Sequence record: OR493421.1 | Strand: one strand, 5' to 3' | Length of the DNA stretch: 64,000 bases | Part shown: one piece after another, positions 1-9,037 of the stretch | Numbering within the stretch: position 1 is the stretch's first letter | How the letters are laid out: each line of letters starts with the position of its first letter | Notes under the pieces: generated by a model | Databases searched by the model: none | What the model saw: the letters and a program-made list of their open reading frames with translations, nothing else | What the model was told of the DNA's origin: nothing | Program-made: the position numbers and the translations under genes

Positions 1-139
1 TGATATCGACTTCGAGATGACCTAAACGAGAATCGACCAACCCACCTCCGAGTAACACATCCTTTTCCTCGTTTACACAAGGAACGTTAGCGACCAGAGT
101 ATCGTCGTGACGGATAAAGGTAACGTTGTATTTATTCAT
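1..139 (-). CDS. hypothetical protein, runs off the window edge (MNKYNVTFIRHDD...)
   Basis: Manually translated; ATG at 139 with AGGAG RBS and a TATATTAC motif upstream. Confidence 0.7.
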   Translation of the reverse strand, partial: MNKYNVTFIRHDDTLVANVPCVNEEKDVLLGGGLVDSRLGHLEVDI

Positions 140-180
140 GATGTTAACTCCTAAAAAGTTTATACGAGGTTTACATCATG

Positions 181-188
181 GTAATATA
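181..188 (-). promoter_or_regulatory. phiKZ-type early promoter motif TATATTAC
   Basis: Exact match to the phiKZ early promoter motif on the minus strand, intergenic, T-tract upstream. Confidence 0.7.
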
Positions 189-201
189 GACTTATAAAAA
201 T

Positions 202-3200
202 TTACATATACGCGTAACGACTGCGTAACTTACGTGCTTCCAATACCCGACGACCTCTCTCTTCCTTGGCTTTCCTAACGATTTCATCGATGGTCAAACT
301 CTTACGCTTATCCTGAGGGATCATGCTGCTGAGTTTGTCAATCATGTACTCTATCCTTTGAGCCACGGTATTGTCGGTGGTTTTAATGAGTCTGTCACTC
401 AGTTCTTCAACTTTACGACGATAAAGTGCAACCATCGCTTCATTGTGCGCACTGTTGGTTTCCTCATTCTTATCGTCCCCAACACGCATTAAGCTGATTT
501 TACTCAAACTAATGCCTGGAGGAATTCCGTATTCACTTTTATTGTTACCCAGTTTCAAGAACCAGAATCCTAACAACCAAGCGATAACTAGGTCATCGTG
601 TTTATTAGCTTCGTGGTCTATTCTTCCCCCTTTCTCTTTGAGGTTAACCAGTTCGTCGATGAGTTTAGTATAGTAAATTTTATCTCCGGTAGTCCCTACC
701 GCTTCTTGGATAAAACTATATACTTCGTCACGCGTTTTGGCGTTGGTAACGAACCCAAACAGATGTTTGAATCTCAGATAGAAGTGACTGTCTCTGTTAG
801 CGAAATTACGTTGTTTGAACTCGATCATTTCTTTTTCGTACTTAACCGGATCTTGTATGATCTGATTAAAGATACGTTTAAAGGGATCGATCCCCAATGC
901 AGGAAGACTAACGAGCAGTTGGTCGATCATGTGATGCGCGAAGTTACGCTCGATGATCAGTAAGCTGTTCTTAATCTCTAACAGGATCGTTTGTAGTACC
1001 TCACCAACGTCCATTAAGTAGGCTATCGGATAACGACCCACCCCAACGACTTTACCATCCATGACATCCCTTATCACTACTGTACAGGCATCTCGGTTTT
1101 GCGCAGCAGAGGTATCGCATCCAACGACGTAAAAGGTTTGACTATTCCCAGTAATGATTTGAGTATGTTCTTCCGGCGTAATAAACCAGTCGATAAACAA
1201 ACCCGTGCTCCCTACTTCCTGACTCCAGAGTATTCCTCGTTTACCCTCGTTTAACGCTTCTCGGGTTAAGTCGTCAAAAAGTTTACCTTTACTGGCGTCG
1301 TCCCACATTAACAGTAAGTCAATCTTCGCTTCGGCTAAACTTAACTTTAACTCGTCTATGGTTTTCTTAACCCAGTCTTTATTCCTACCCAACTGCAAGT
1401 AGTTGAAAACCATGCCTACGGTAGGACTGGTGATTCCCTCCACAGGACTCGCTTTAATCAAACGCTGGTAGAGATGACTCTCGTTAAAACTGTCGAAGAA
1501 CGTTTCTCGCCACTCGGTCGCATCCATCAACATGTTGTACATGTATTCGCCGCTTGCCGTCGTTTTACTCGCAGGTGTGGTAATGAATCCCGTCCCATAG
1601 GGTTCGCCTATTCTTCTGGCGTTAGCACGAGCCGTTAGCGTACTAGGGCCTGCACCGTTAAGTATCTCTTCCATGAAGTTGATATATGCCGGTTCGTCGA
1701 TCATACGCGTTTTGATAGTCAAACCACGACCAACGTTACGAGCGGCTTCTCTACCGATTTGCGGTACACTAATACGGAAGATGTTCTTCTTATCATCCCC
1801 AAACGCACTATAGGTTAACGAGTTACCGCTATCCTTATCTCGCCACCCCACGTTGGTTAAGTAACTCGGGATGTTGTTACGGATACCCTTTAACGCCTCT
1901 ACGAACTGACTACGGTTATCGTCTTTCAGGGTGATTAAGTGGGATTCGTAAGACTGCCCGGTTAAGTAAGTTAACCAGAACATAATGCTCTGGGCAGAAA
2001 CCGTGTTGTGAGTGACGACGAAATCATCCATGATGTAAAGATGATCAGGATGGTCCACTTCAATGCACTGAGTCTCTTCTTCCCCTACATACTCGATGGA
2101 ACGCATGGTTAAACGGCTGTTAAATTTTAACCCTCGTGTTTTGTCAACTAAACGATCTCGTTTACGACTTAACGTGAAGAGTTCCCAAGGTTTGGTATAA
2201 CGAACGCTAATGCGATAAGAAACCCGGCCAGGTTTACGTTCTCCTTTGTCGGTATAATACGTCTGACGCTCTTTACAAGTACAAATGGCACCGATGCTGC
2301 GAGCAAGGTAAACGAAGTCTTTAGCAAGTTTAGGAGATGTTGTACAGTACTCAATGTTACCACCGGTACCTGCGTGACCATCAGTATCGAGTAAACCCTG
2401 CAACAACTCTAAACGCTGACGATAAGAGCCGTTTAAATAATCCGTAGGAACAAATTTCTCCCAGGACCGAAGGCCCATCAGATCAACACTTTTAAGACTC
2501 TCTTTCATTACGTTAGTCTTTTCTTCAACATCAGGTCTGCGCTTAATGACAAATGTTTTTTCATTACACCATTCGGCGACTAGAGTATCAGGAATGAGGC
2601 TACAGACTTTATCGTAAAGTTCTTTGTCGGGTTTGGTTATTAAAACAGAACTGCCAGAAATACCACCGTCACCCAGCAATACACCTAAGACATAAGGATG
2701 AATGGCAAGTTTCTTATCCGGGTCATTATCAGGCTGAACCAAAGGAACGGAGAGATAGTTATGCGATTTCTTCATCTCAGTCATGCGTTGTTGGCATTCT
2801 AACGTAGTGAGTGTGCGCCAGATACCGCCGTCACCTTTGCCTGGGTCCCAAACAGTCCAGTAATGCTCGGCGCCAACATCCGCAGTACGACCGTCATAAA
2901 AGGTAACACGATATAACGATTTAACGCCCTGAGGATAAACACCAGAGACTCTGGCCGTACCCCCATCTGGAGTACTAACCACATCATTAATCTTGATGTC
3001 ACCCATTCTACGCCATCCATTTGGGATCTTCACTAAGGAATCTAGCTTGCTGAGCTTTCCGAATTGGCGGGGAATGATAAGCATGGTGTTGACGTGGCAC
3101 AAATAACACCATAAGAAACAGATGTTTGCTCTGTTTGCCTGGAACTGAATACCACCGCTCAGATGAAGTACTTCACGGAGGAAATACCAGAAGTTTTCAC

Positions 3201-3600
3201 GGCACTCCTGGAGGATCATGAATTTTTGTTCATCTGTCAGGTTGGGGTCGTAAGGATCTACTCCTATCAGCAACGGATTGTTGAGCTGGAGGCAGAAATA
3301 GTAATTCTTTATCCCCATCAGTCTAAAGATTTCAGCAACCTTTAAGAAAGAGATGTTCTTCGTCGTCAGATCCGGTTTAGCGTTATAACGTTCGAAGTCC
3401 TTTAAGAACCTGACCGTTTTGATCGCACTTAATGTGTCTTCTCGATAATGGGCTAGAAGCAACTCTTCTGGGGTCCTGATGGGAAGCGCTTCTGTGTCGT
3501 CATCGAGCAGGTATTCGGGGAGCTGACTTTCTGTCGCGCCTATCATAGCAAGTTTTTCTCTTGCAAGATGTAGTTCTAATTCGTCTTTACTTGCAAACAT
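202..3600 (-). CDS. terL: terminase large subunit, intein-containing
   Basis: Walker A PRQFGK/T split by the intein, Walker B MIDEPA, nuclease motif GCDTS and HDDLVIA; position matches phiKZ gp25. Start set at MFASK (3600) because a hairpin lies upstream. Confidence 0.93.
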   Translation of the reverse strand: MFASKDELELHLAREKLAMIGATESQLPEYLLDDDTEALPIRTPEELLLAHYREDTLSAIKTVRFLKDFERYNAKPDLTTKNISFLKVAEIFRLMGIKNYYFCLQLNNPLLIGVDPYDPNLTDEQKFMILQECRENFWYFLREVLHLSGGIQFQANRANICFLWCYLCHVNTMLIIPRQFGKLSKLDSLVKIPNGWRRMGDIKINDVVSTPDGGTARVSGVYPQGVKSLYRVTFYDGRTADVGAEHYWTVWDPGKGDGGIWRTLTTLECQQRMTEMKKSHNYLSVPLVQPDNDPDKKLAIHPYVLGVLLGDGGISGSSVLITKPDKELYDKVCSLIPDTLVAEWCNEKTFVIKRRPDVEEKTNVMKESLKSVDLMGLRSWEKFVPTDYLNGSYRQRLELLQGLLDTDGHAGTGGNIEYCTTSPKLAKDFVYLARSIGAICTCKERQTYYTDKGERKPGRVSYRISVRYTKPWELFTLSRKRDRLVDKTRGLKFNSRLTMRSIEYVGEEETQCIEVDHPDHLYIMDDFVVTHNTVSAQSIMFWLTYLTGQSYESHLITLKDDNRSQFVEALKGIRNNIPSYLTNVGWRDKDSGNSLTYSAFGDDKKNIFRISVPQIGREAARNVGRGLTIKTRMIDEPAYINFMEEILNGAGPSTLTARANARRIGEPYGTGFITTPASKTTASGEYMYNMLMDATEWRETFFDSFNESHLYQRLIKASPVEGITSPTVGMVFNYLQLGRNKDWVKKTIDELKLSLAEAKIDLLLMWDDASKGKLFDDLTREALNEGKRGILWSQEVGSTGLFIDWFITPEEHTQIITGNSQTFYVVGCDTSAAQNRDACTVVIRDVMDGKVVGVGRYPIAYLMDVGEVLQTILLEIKNSLLIIERNFAHHMIDQLLVSLPALGIDPFKRIFNQIIQDPVKYEKEMIEFKQRNFANRDSHFYLRFKHLFGFVTNAKTRDEVYSFIQEAVGTTGDKIYYTKLIDELVNLKEKGGRIDHEANKHDDLVIAWLLGFWFLKLGNNKSEYGIPPGISLSKISLMRVGDDKNEETNSAHNEAMVALYRRKVEELSDRLIKTTDNTVAQRIEYMIDKLSSMIPQDKRKSLTIDEIVRKAKEERGRRVLEARKLRSRYAYM
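2005..3054 (-). mobile_element. intein (350 aa, class 3 signature) with LAGLIDADG homing endonuclease
   Basis: N-block LSKLDSLVKIPNGW, block B AEHYW, block F TQCIEV, end VVTHN followed by Thr; LAGLIDADG motifs VLGVLLGDG and LQGLLDTDG; removal restores GKT. Confidence 0.93.
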
Positions 3601-3641
3601 GTTTTTATCCTGTCGGTTTGTCTCGGTCTCGATATAAAATA

Positions 3642-3671
3642 TAACTACCGGTCTGAAAAGACCGGTAGTTA
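3642..3671. terminator. intergenic hairpin / putative intrinsic terminator
   Basis: Inverted repeat taactaccggtc-tgaaaa-gaccggtagtta. Confidence 0.65.
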
Positions 3672-3683
3672 GGATAACCAATG

Positions 3684-5399
3684 TTAATTACTCGGAGCGA
3701 CGTCTACAACAACACCTGTGGTCGCCAATTGGAGTTCGGCCCCGTTCTCTGATTTCTGAATCCATTGCAGGAAGAGGGTTTGACCACTTGCAACAGGAGA
3801 AGTGAGAGCTTGAGGTTTATTCCAATCGTTGATTTCAAGGTCGTGAGTAACCCCGTTAGTGTCAACCAACCGGATATAGTTAGGAACCAGAGCAGCCGAT
3901 TCTTTCGTGGCATCGATCAACGGTTCTACCGGATAGTAGAGTCGATTCAACCAATCAGAAATCGTGAGGATGGAACCAGCCAGGTTAATGGACTGAACAC
4001 CATTGGCTTCGGTATACCCGACGTTATAAGCGACGTAAGGGTTATTCGCAGAAGAGTACTGGATAGCCCAACGACGACCCGTCCCGGTATTCGCTTTATA
4101 CAACGTAATAGAAGTATGTTGTACCAGCGTCCACGCTTTAAACGTCGAAGATACGTCTGACAGCGTCAGGTTAAACACCATGTCTTGCTGAACGCCATAG
4201 TTAGCCGGCTGGAAGGCTGGCGACGTGTCGTTGAGTGTAACATGCTGAGTAACGTCAGTTGCATACCCACGGGTAAGATCATACAGGTAATGCTTGAGCG
4301 AATACCCTGTTCCGTTCCACACTGGATACGTGTAGAGTTTTGGAGAGTAGGCGCCGTTAACCTGAGTACAAACGATCTGATACGTTTCCGATTTCATATT
4401 CGGATAGTTGGGTTCGGCAATTAGAGCTTGTTCATCTTCATCGAAAGAGTAACGAAGGGTGATCGATGCTCGTTGACCTACCGTAGTAGGTTTGTATTCA
4501 TTGAGCCCGATGATCGCACATTTGGTCCCGTCAATCAATTGCTCTTTGGTTGACCCATCGTTATAATGGATGCGCGCAGAGAATTGAACCGAGCTCATCG
4601 CAACGTTGATAGGAATGTTCAGCGTAGTAGGATCGGTCGTATCAGTGAACCAAGGAGAGATCAGTTCAATAGCCGAAACATACTTGATCCCGATCTGATG
4701 ATCTCTCAGCAACGCAGTGTGCATCACGCCAAGTTCATAAGGTTCAGGAATCATGTTACCGGCAGCATCGAAGAACACCAGCGTACACAAACTTCCGTCC
4801 GGGAGTTCGTCAGCCGTTTGAGTCACCGAAAACGCAGTAGTGGTGAAGATGCTGTGGTTGGTCATGTTGTTAACCGCAGCTAATTTAGTCGGGACCTGAT
4901 TAGAAATCAAATCACCGTTAGTCGCGTATTGAACAGAAATAACCTGGCCGGTATCACCGATAACCACGCCTTTATAAAGCAAGCCATAAGCTGCATCAGG
5001 AGCCCATACACGACCATCGATGACAGCCCGAGGAGGTCTGACACTGTAGTCGATTCCCAAAACACCATTGCCGGCAAAACGTCCCGGTAAACCAATGATG
5101 TCACTGGAGTTGTCGTCGCTATCCGTAACAAACCCTATCCGTTTTAACGTCGATTTGTATTTCGCATCTTCGGTCCCAACGTGAGTAATGACGTAAGCTC
5201 GTTGGTTCAATCCGTCTATGACCGTTTGGCCTTCACGACCAACGATGTATTTGGACGCATCAGAATCAGCTACCGTATCCGGATCGTAAAGGTTGGAAAT
5301 ATCGAGTGGGGTGAGTAGATCATTCGAGTTAGGTAACTGAGGACCCGTCGCCGCAACACTCGTACTTGATGTGGTCGATGTGGTGCTGGTATCAAACAT
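3684..5399 (-). CDS. virion structural protein (phiKZ gp26-like)
   Basis: 571-aa beta-rich ORF between terL and the gp27-like gene; synteny. Confidence 0.7.
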   Translation of the reverse strand: MFDTSTTSTTSSTSVAATGPQLPNSNDLLTPLDISNLYDPDTVADSDASKYIVGREGQTVIDGLNQRAYVITHVGTEDAKYKSTLKRIGFVTDSDDNSSDIIGLPGRFAGNGVLGIDYSVRPPRAVIDGRVWAPDAAYGLLYKGVVIGDTGQVISVQYATNGDLISNQVPTKLAAVNNMTNHSIFTTTAFSVTQTADELPDGSLCTLVFFDAAGNMIPEPYELGVMHTALLRDHQIGIKYVSAIELISPWFTDTTDPTTLNIPINVAMSSVQFSARIHYNDGSTKEQLIDGTKCAIIGLNEYKPTTVGQRASITLRYSFDEDEQALIAEPNYPNMKSETYQIVCTQVNGAYSPKLYTYPVWNGTGYSLKHYLYDLTRGYATDVTQHVTLNDTSPAFQPANYGVQQDMVFNLTLSDVSSTFKAWTLVQHTSITLYKANTGTGRRWAIQYSSANNPYVAYNVGYTEANGVQSINLAGSILTISDWLNRLYYPVEPLIDATKESAALVPNYIRLVDTNGVTHDLEINDWNKPQALTSPVASGQTLFLQWIQKSENGAELQLATTGVVVDVAPSN

Positions 5400-7995
5400 T
5401 ATTATTTACCTCAAAATATCCCTCTATGCCGCACGCGCTATTGAGATAGATTTCGTTAACCTGAGTGATGAAGAGTAACTGGGCGGTTGTTACAGTTTGC
5501 ATACCCGCCATGGAAAACGGATTGATTGTGTAATACCGCAAGTCGTATTTCAAGAAAGCCGGATCGTAATCAAGCAACCATTGATAATCTTTGGTTAGCT
5601 CATTGATTACCTGTTTACTGAATACCCCACCTGTGGTTGGTGCAGGGACGGTAATGATTTTCAGCAATATTGCGTTTACGATCTGATTCAGGAAAGGACT
5701 AAACAATCTGTATTTGTCGGAGATATTAGGCCAAACGACAGGGCCTGGCTTCTCACAATACGTTGTCAGGTAAGTGCAGATACGATTATCCAAATCCCTG
5801 TCTTCGGCGTACCGAGGATAGTTATTAAAATCCACCGCTTTTTGAACGGTCTGATAAACGTGCTTAACCTGATACGGGTAACCGTTGAGAGAATAACCGG
5901 CGTTCTGAGGGGCGTGTTGCTCTGAATCATCGATGCCATCAGATGGGAATAAGCGACCCGCAGCGATAAGCCTTGTGTCCCTTCCATCTCGGATATTGTA
6001 ACGTCCGTTAACCCCGATGGTTCCGCCGACGATATAACCCAATTCAGATTCTTCTACCGGTTGAGTCAAACTCGTACTGATCCCGAACGCAGCTACGACA
6101 AAATCATTTTCCCCACTCTCATTCAAATACATCTTGTTATTGATGAACACTCTAGGGTAATCCATCACGTAATCGACGTTAAGAATGAGGGGATGGCCAT
6201 TCATCCAAATGTAGATGTTAGCCGGTGCGATGTCCGCAGCTATCCCGCCGCCTTCCCATATTTCGGTAATGGCGAAATAAATAGAGTTGTCGAGATGCGA
6301 TAACGTGAAATCCTTGTAAAGGAAAACATCGTTAAAGATAACTCTACCTATCCGGTTCGTTGAGTCGTGGATCCAGGTAAGTGCGCCATTGGTAACGGTA
6401 TAGTCAGTACCCAATACTGCGGGCACCCATTTCCCGTCAGATTCCCCGGTAGACACTAACCGGCCAGATTGCAAAGCCAAATAAGACCAGTTTTTCAATA
6501 ATGTGACTGGATCGCTCCCAATCACTTGATGTCTGGTAATCGCCGGACTACCAGCGATGAACTCCACCATGGTGCAAGTCGGATTGGTCGGAGCATATTT
6601 CAGCGCATTAGTCAATGGGTAGTTATTAATGAGTAGACCGTCCGCATCGTACTCAAAAGCCACGCAAGCTTCTTGGAAACTAATCGGAACGTCATAACCG
6701 GCGTATCCTTCCACGTAGGGCATTGAAACTGGTGACGATGCTAAAGCCTGAGTCAGGGCATTAAACCCTAACGCTTTAACGATGTTCTCATCGGTCAGCT
6801 CTCCCCATTTCTGTCTGTTGATCAGCATGGAATAAGAATTTTCCAAACCACTGGCCGTCCATTCAGGTAGCGTGGAGTGGACCGCAGTCATTGCGTTGAT
6901 TATTCCATTATCATCAAGACGGTAAAGGTACCTGATTCGATTGGCTTCCCATACGAGATCGTGACTCCAGTTCGTGCTGCGATAAATCACCTGCAATTTC
7001 AGATCATCTCGATTCTTAAGATCTGTCAGGCTGTCAATAAGGGTCGCGACGTAATCGCTGCTCACGCTATAGTCGGCGTGAGTGAGTTGACGCAATGCAT
7101 CAGGGCTATTGATATTGAAATATAACCCTTTCCCGGTTGGGGTCGTGATGTAGATATCGCAATCGTCGAAATATCGGAACACCCAGTCGCCTTCAACCTT
7201 AGGGGGGTGAACGATGTATTTGCGCTTGCTATCCAAATCAGAATAGAAGTCCGGCAGAGTTTTCAAGTCGTAGTTATCGACTCTATAAACGGTCGGATCG
7301 TAGAAAATCTCTACGATGGTATTCGACGTAACAGCCGACGCCGTAGGAAGAGACGGACATTTTATTCCATCGACATAAATGGACGATAATCCACCTAAAC
7401 CACTCCACGTATTGAGTTGGGTTTGGAGCGCCGTGAGATTAGCCTGAGTTGGACCGACAAAACTGGTATACTGAAACCCGTTATTTTCGTCAGTTCCTTC
7501 TACCCCACGATAAATATCCCAATCAGGGGTATAGCACCGCAGATAGAAGTTATCGTTTAATGGGAGTGGGTAATTGGTTAAACGTTCCACACAAAGAAGG
7601 TGTGCTCCGTCATAAGTCCGCATGATCCACGCGCAATCTCTTGGATAGATTCTGCCGTCCGGGCGATAAAGTTCAATATAAACACCACGCTGATGGCTGA
7701 GCCAATCAACTCTCACCCAGGTATCAACTGGATTAGTTTTTATATTTTTGTTGATGAAGTTCCAGTACCCTAGCGAGGTACCACTAAGGGTGTAGACGTG
7801 ATGAGGGGTAGTAGAATCGGGTAATCCTCTCCCTTTACCCATATACGTAAAGGTATTGACCAACCCTACTGGGGGACTGATACGTTGTAGCTCCAGCCTG
7901 AATTGTTGATCGTTATAGGGAGACGACCACATATTGGACTCGGCGTAACGTATCAAGTCAGTTCTTGGTTGAACTAACGACACACTCATGTCCAT
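5392..7995 (-). CDS. virion structural / baseplate-associated protein (phiKZ gp27-like)
   Basis: 867 aa; size and position match the terL-sheath block. Confidence 0.7.
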   Translation of the reverse strand: MDMSVSLVQPRTDLIRYAESNMWSSPYNDQQFRLELQRISPPVGLVNTFTYMGKGRGLPDSTTPHHVYTLSGTSLGYWNFINKNIKTNPVDTWVRVDWLSHQRGVYIELYRPDGRIYPRDCAWIMRTYDGAHLLCVERLTNYPLPLNDNFYLRCYTPDWDIYRGVEGTDENNGFQYTSFVGPTQANLTALQTQLNTWSGLGGLSSIYVDGIKCPSLPTASAVTSNTIVEIFYDPTVYRVDNYDLKTLPDFYSDLDSKRKYIVHPPKVEGDWVFRYFDDCDIYITTPTGKGLYFNINSPDALRQLTHADYSVSSDYVATLIDSLTDLKNRDDLKLQVIYRSTNWSHDLVWEANRIRYLYRLDDNGIINAMTAVHSTLPEWTASGLENSYSMLINRQKWGELTDENIVKALGFNALTQALASSPVSMPYVEGYAGYDVPISFQEACVAFEYDADGLLINNYPLTNALKYAPTNPTCTMVEFIAGSPAITRHQVIGSDPVTLLKNWSYLALQSGRLVSTGESDGKWVPAVLGTDYTVTNGALTWIHDSTNRIGRVIFNDVFLYKDFTLSHLDNSIYFAITEIWEGGGIAADIAPANIYIWMNGHPLILNVDYVMDYPRVFINNKMYLNESGENDFVVAAFGISTSLTQPVEESELGYIVGGTIGVNGRYNIRDGRDTRLIAAGRLFPSDGIDDSEQHAPQNAGYSLNGYPYQVKHVYQTVQKAVDFNNYPRYAEDRDLDNRICTYLTTYCEKPGPVVWPNISDKYRLFSPFLNQIVNAILLKIITVPAPTTGGVFSKQVINELTKDYQWLLDYDPAFLKYDLRYYTINPFSMAGMQTVTTAQLLFITQVNEIYLNSACGIEGYFEVNNNV

Positions 7996-8000
7996 TCCTT

Positions 8001-8879
8001 TTAAAGTTGGACGGGATAATTCCCGTTGATCATTTTAACAAAGCTATCGGTTAATCTTTCGTTGTACTTAGGATCGATTTGCTGACCCAAAACAGTTTGA
8101 AGGTACATTCTGTTCTTCAGCGCCATAAAACACAATCCGGTAAATAATGGAGGGTGTTCCAGTGCTGCGCCGACAACCTGTTTGCCGAGGTTACTGAAGA
8201 TGATGTTGCTGCCCAACCCGATAAAATCTTTTTGGGTGAAATTCTTCAGTTTGAAAAAGCCCGGTCGATCAGCGATATATTTGGTCAGCTCAGGGATGGT
8301 TGAAATGAACCCCATCTCTTCAATAATAGGCTGAGTCATACTCTGATCTAATTGCAACGCATTTTTCAGTACGTTGGCGCTAACAAACTGGTAATCGTCG
8401 TTTTGCTTTTCTGTGAGACATACAAAGAAGTGACCGAGAATGATAGCGAGCTCAATCATTTCTCTTGGGTCTAGCCCGCTCTGACGGCCAATGCGATTGC
8501 TGAGAGATTTGGCGTATCCGCGAGTCGTCAGATAGCGAGAATTTTTGATGGTGTTTAAGTTACCTTCAAACACATCTTGCTGAATGCACGCCGCAGTGAA
8601 CTGCCCGATAAATTCCACCGGACTAATAATGATATCTTTTTTATTGGAGAAGGGGCGCTTATCAACAACGGTGATTTTACGACGCTGATGATCCAATAAA
8701 CTCAAAGGGAAAATAAAAAGAGGAAGTTGGCTGCCGTTTTCATAAGTAATGAAATAAACCCCTTCTTTACTGGAATGGTCTAAGTCATCCATCGTCGCTA
8801 ACGATTTTAGGACGCCCTGGACTTTATCCATGATCGCAAAGGGTTTGCCAACTGTGGTTTCGTATGCGTTGAGAAGCAT
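8001..8879 (-). CDS. virion structural protein (phiKZ gp28-like)
   Basis: 292 aa, divergent from the sheath gene; synteny. Confidence 0.65.
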   Translation of the reverse strand: MLLNAYETTVGKPFAIMDKVQGVLKSLATMDDLDHSSKEGVYFITYENGSQLPLFIFPLSLLDHQRRKITVVDKRPFSNKKDIIISPVEFIGQFTAACIQQDVFEGNLNTIKNSRYLTTRGYAKSLSNRIGRQSGLDPREMIELAIILGHFFVCLTEKQNDDYQFVSANVLKNALQLDQSMTQPIIEEMGFISTIPELTKYIADRPGFFKLKNFTQKDFIGLGSNIIFSNLGKQVVGAALEHPPLFTGLCFMALKNRMYLQTVLGQQIDPKYNERLTDSFVKMINGNYPVQL

Positions 8880-9037
8880 GACTCCCCGCTCCTTATGTTG
8901 AATGTTATGTGCCGGGTTCGGTTAAATTAAACGAGAGTAACTTATGGTGACTCTAGACATACGATTGCCGGCCATCTATATTTTTTTGATCAAAAAAATA
9001 TCTTAATAAAACGTTTTCCGAATATGAGGCTTAGAGC

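Noticed and set aside
3601-3681. Longer starts from the ORF track (terL 3681; also 12365, 13579, 14527, 19540, 39446, 52120, 56806)
   Set aside because: They cross terminators, promoters or neighbouring genes; downstream starts have better RBS.
8880-9037. Late promoter TATG motifs before the sheath and other late genes
   Set aside because: Plausible by analogy to phiKZ, but a 4-nt motif in AT-rich DNA cannot be supported without start-site data.
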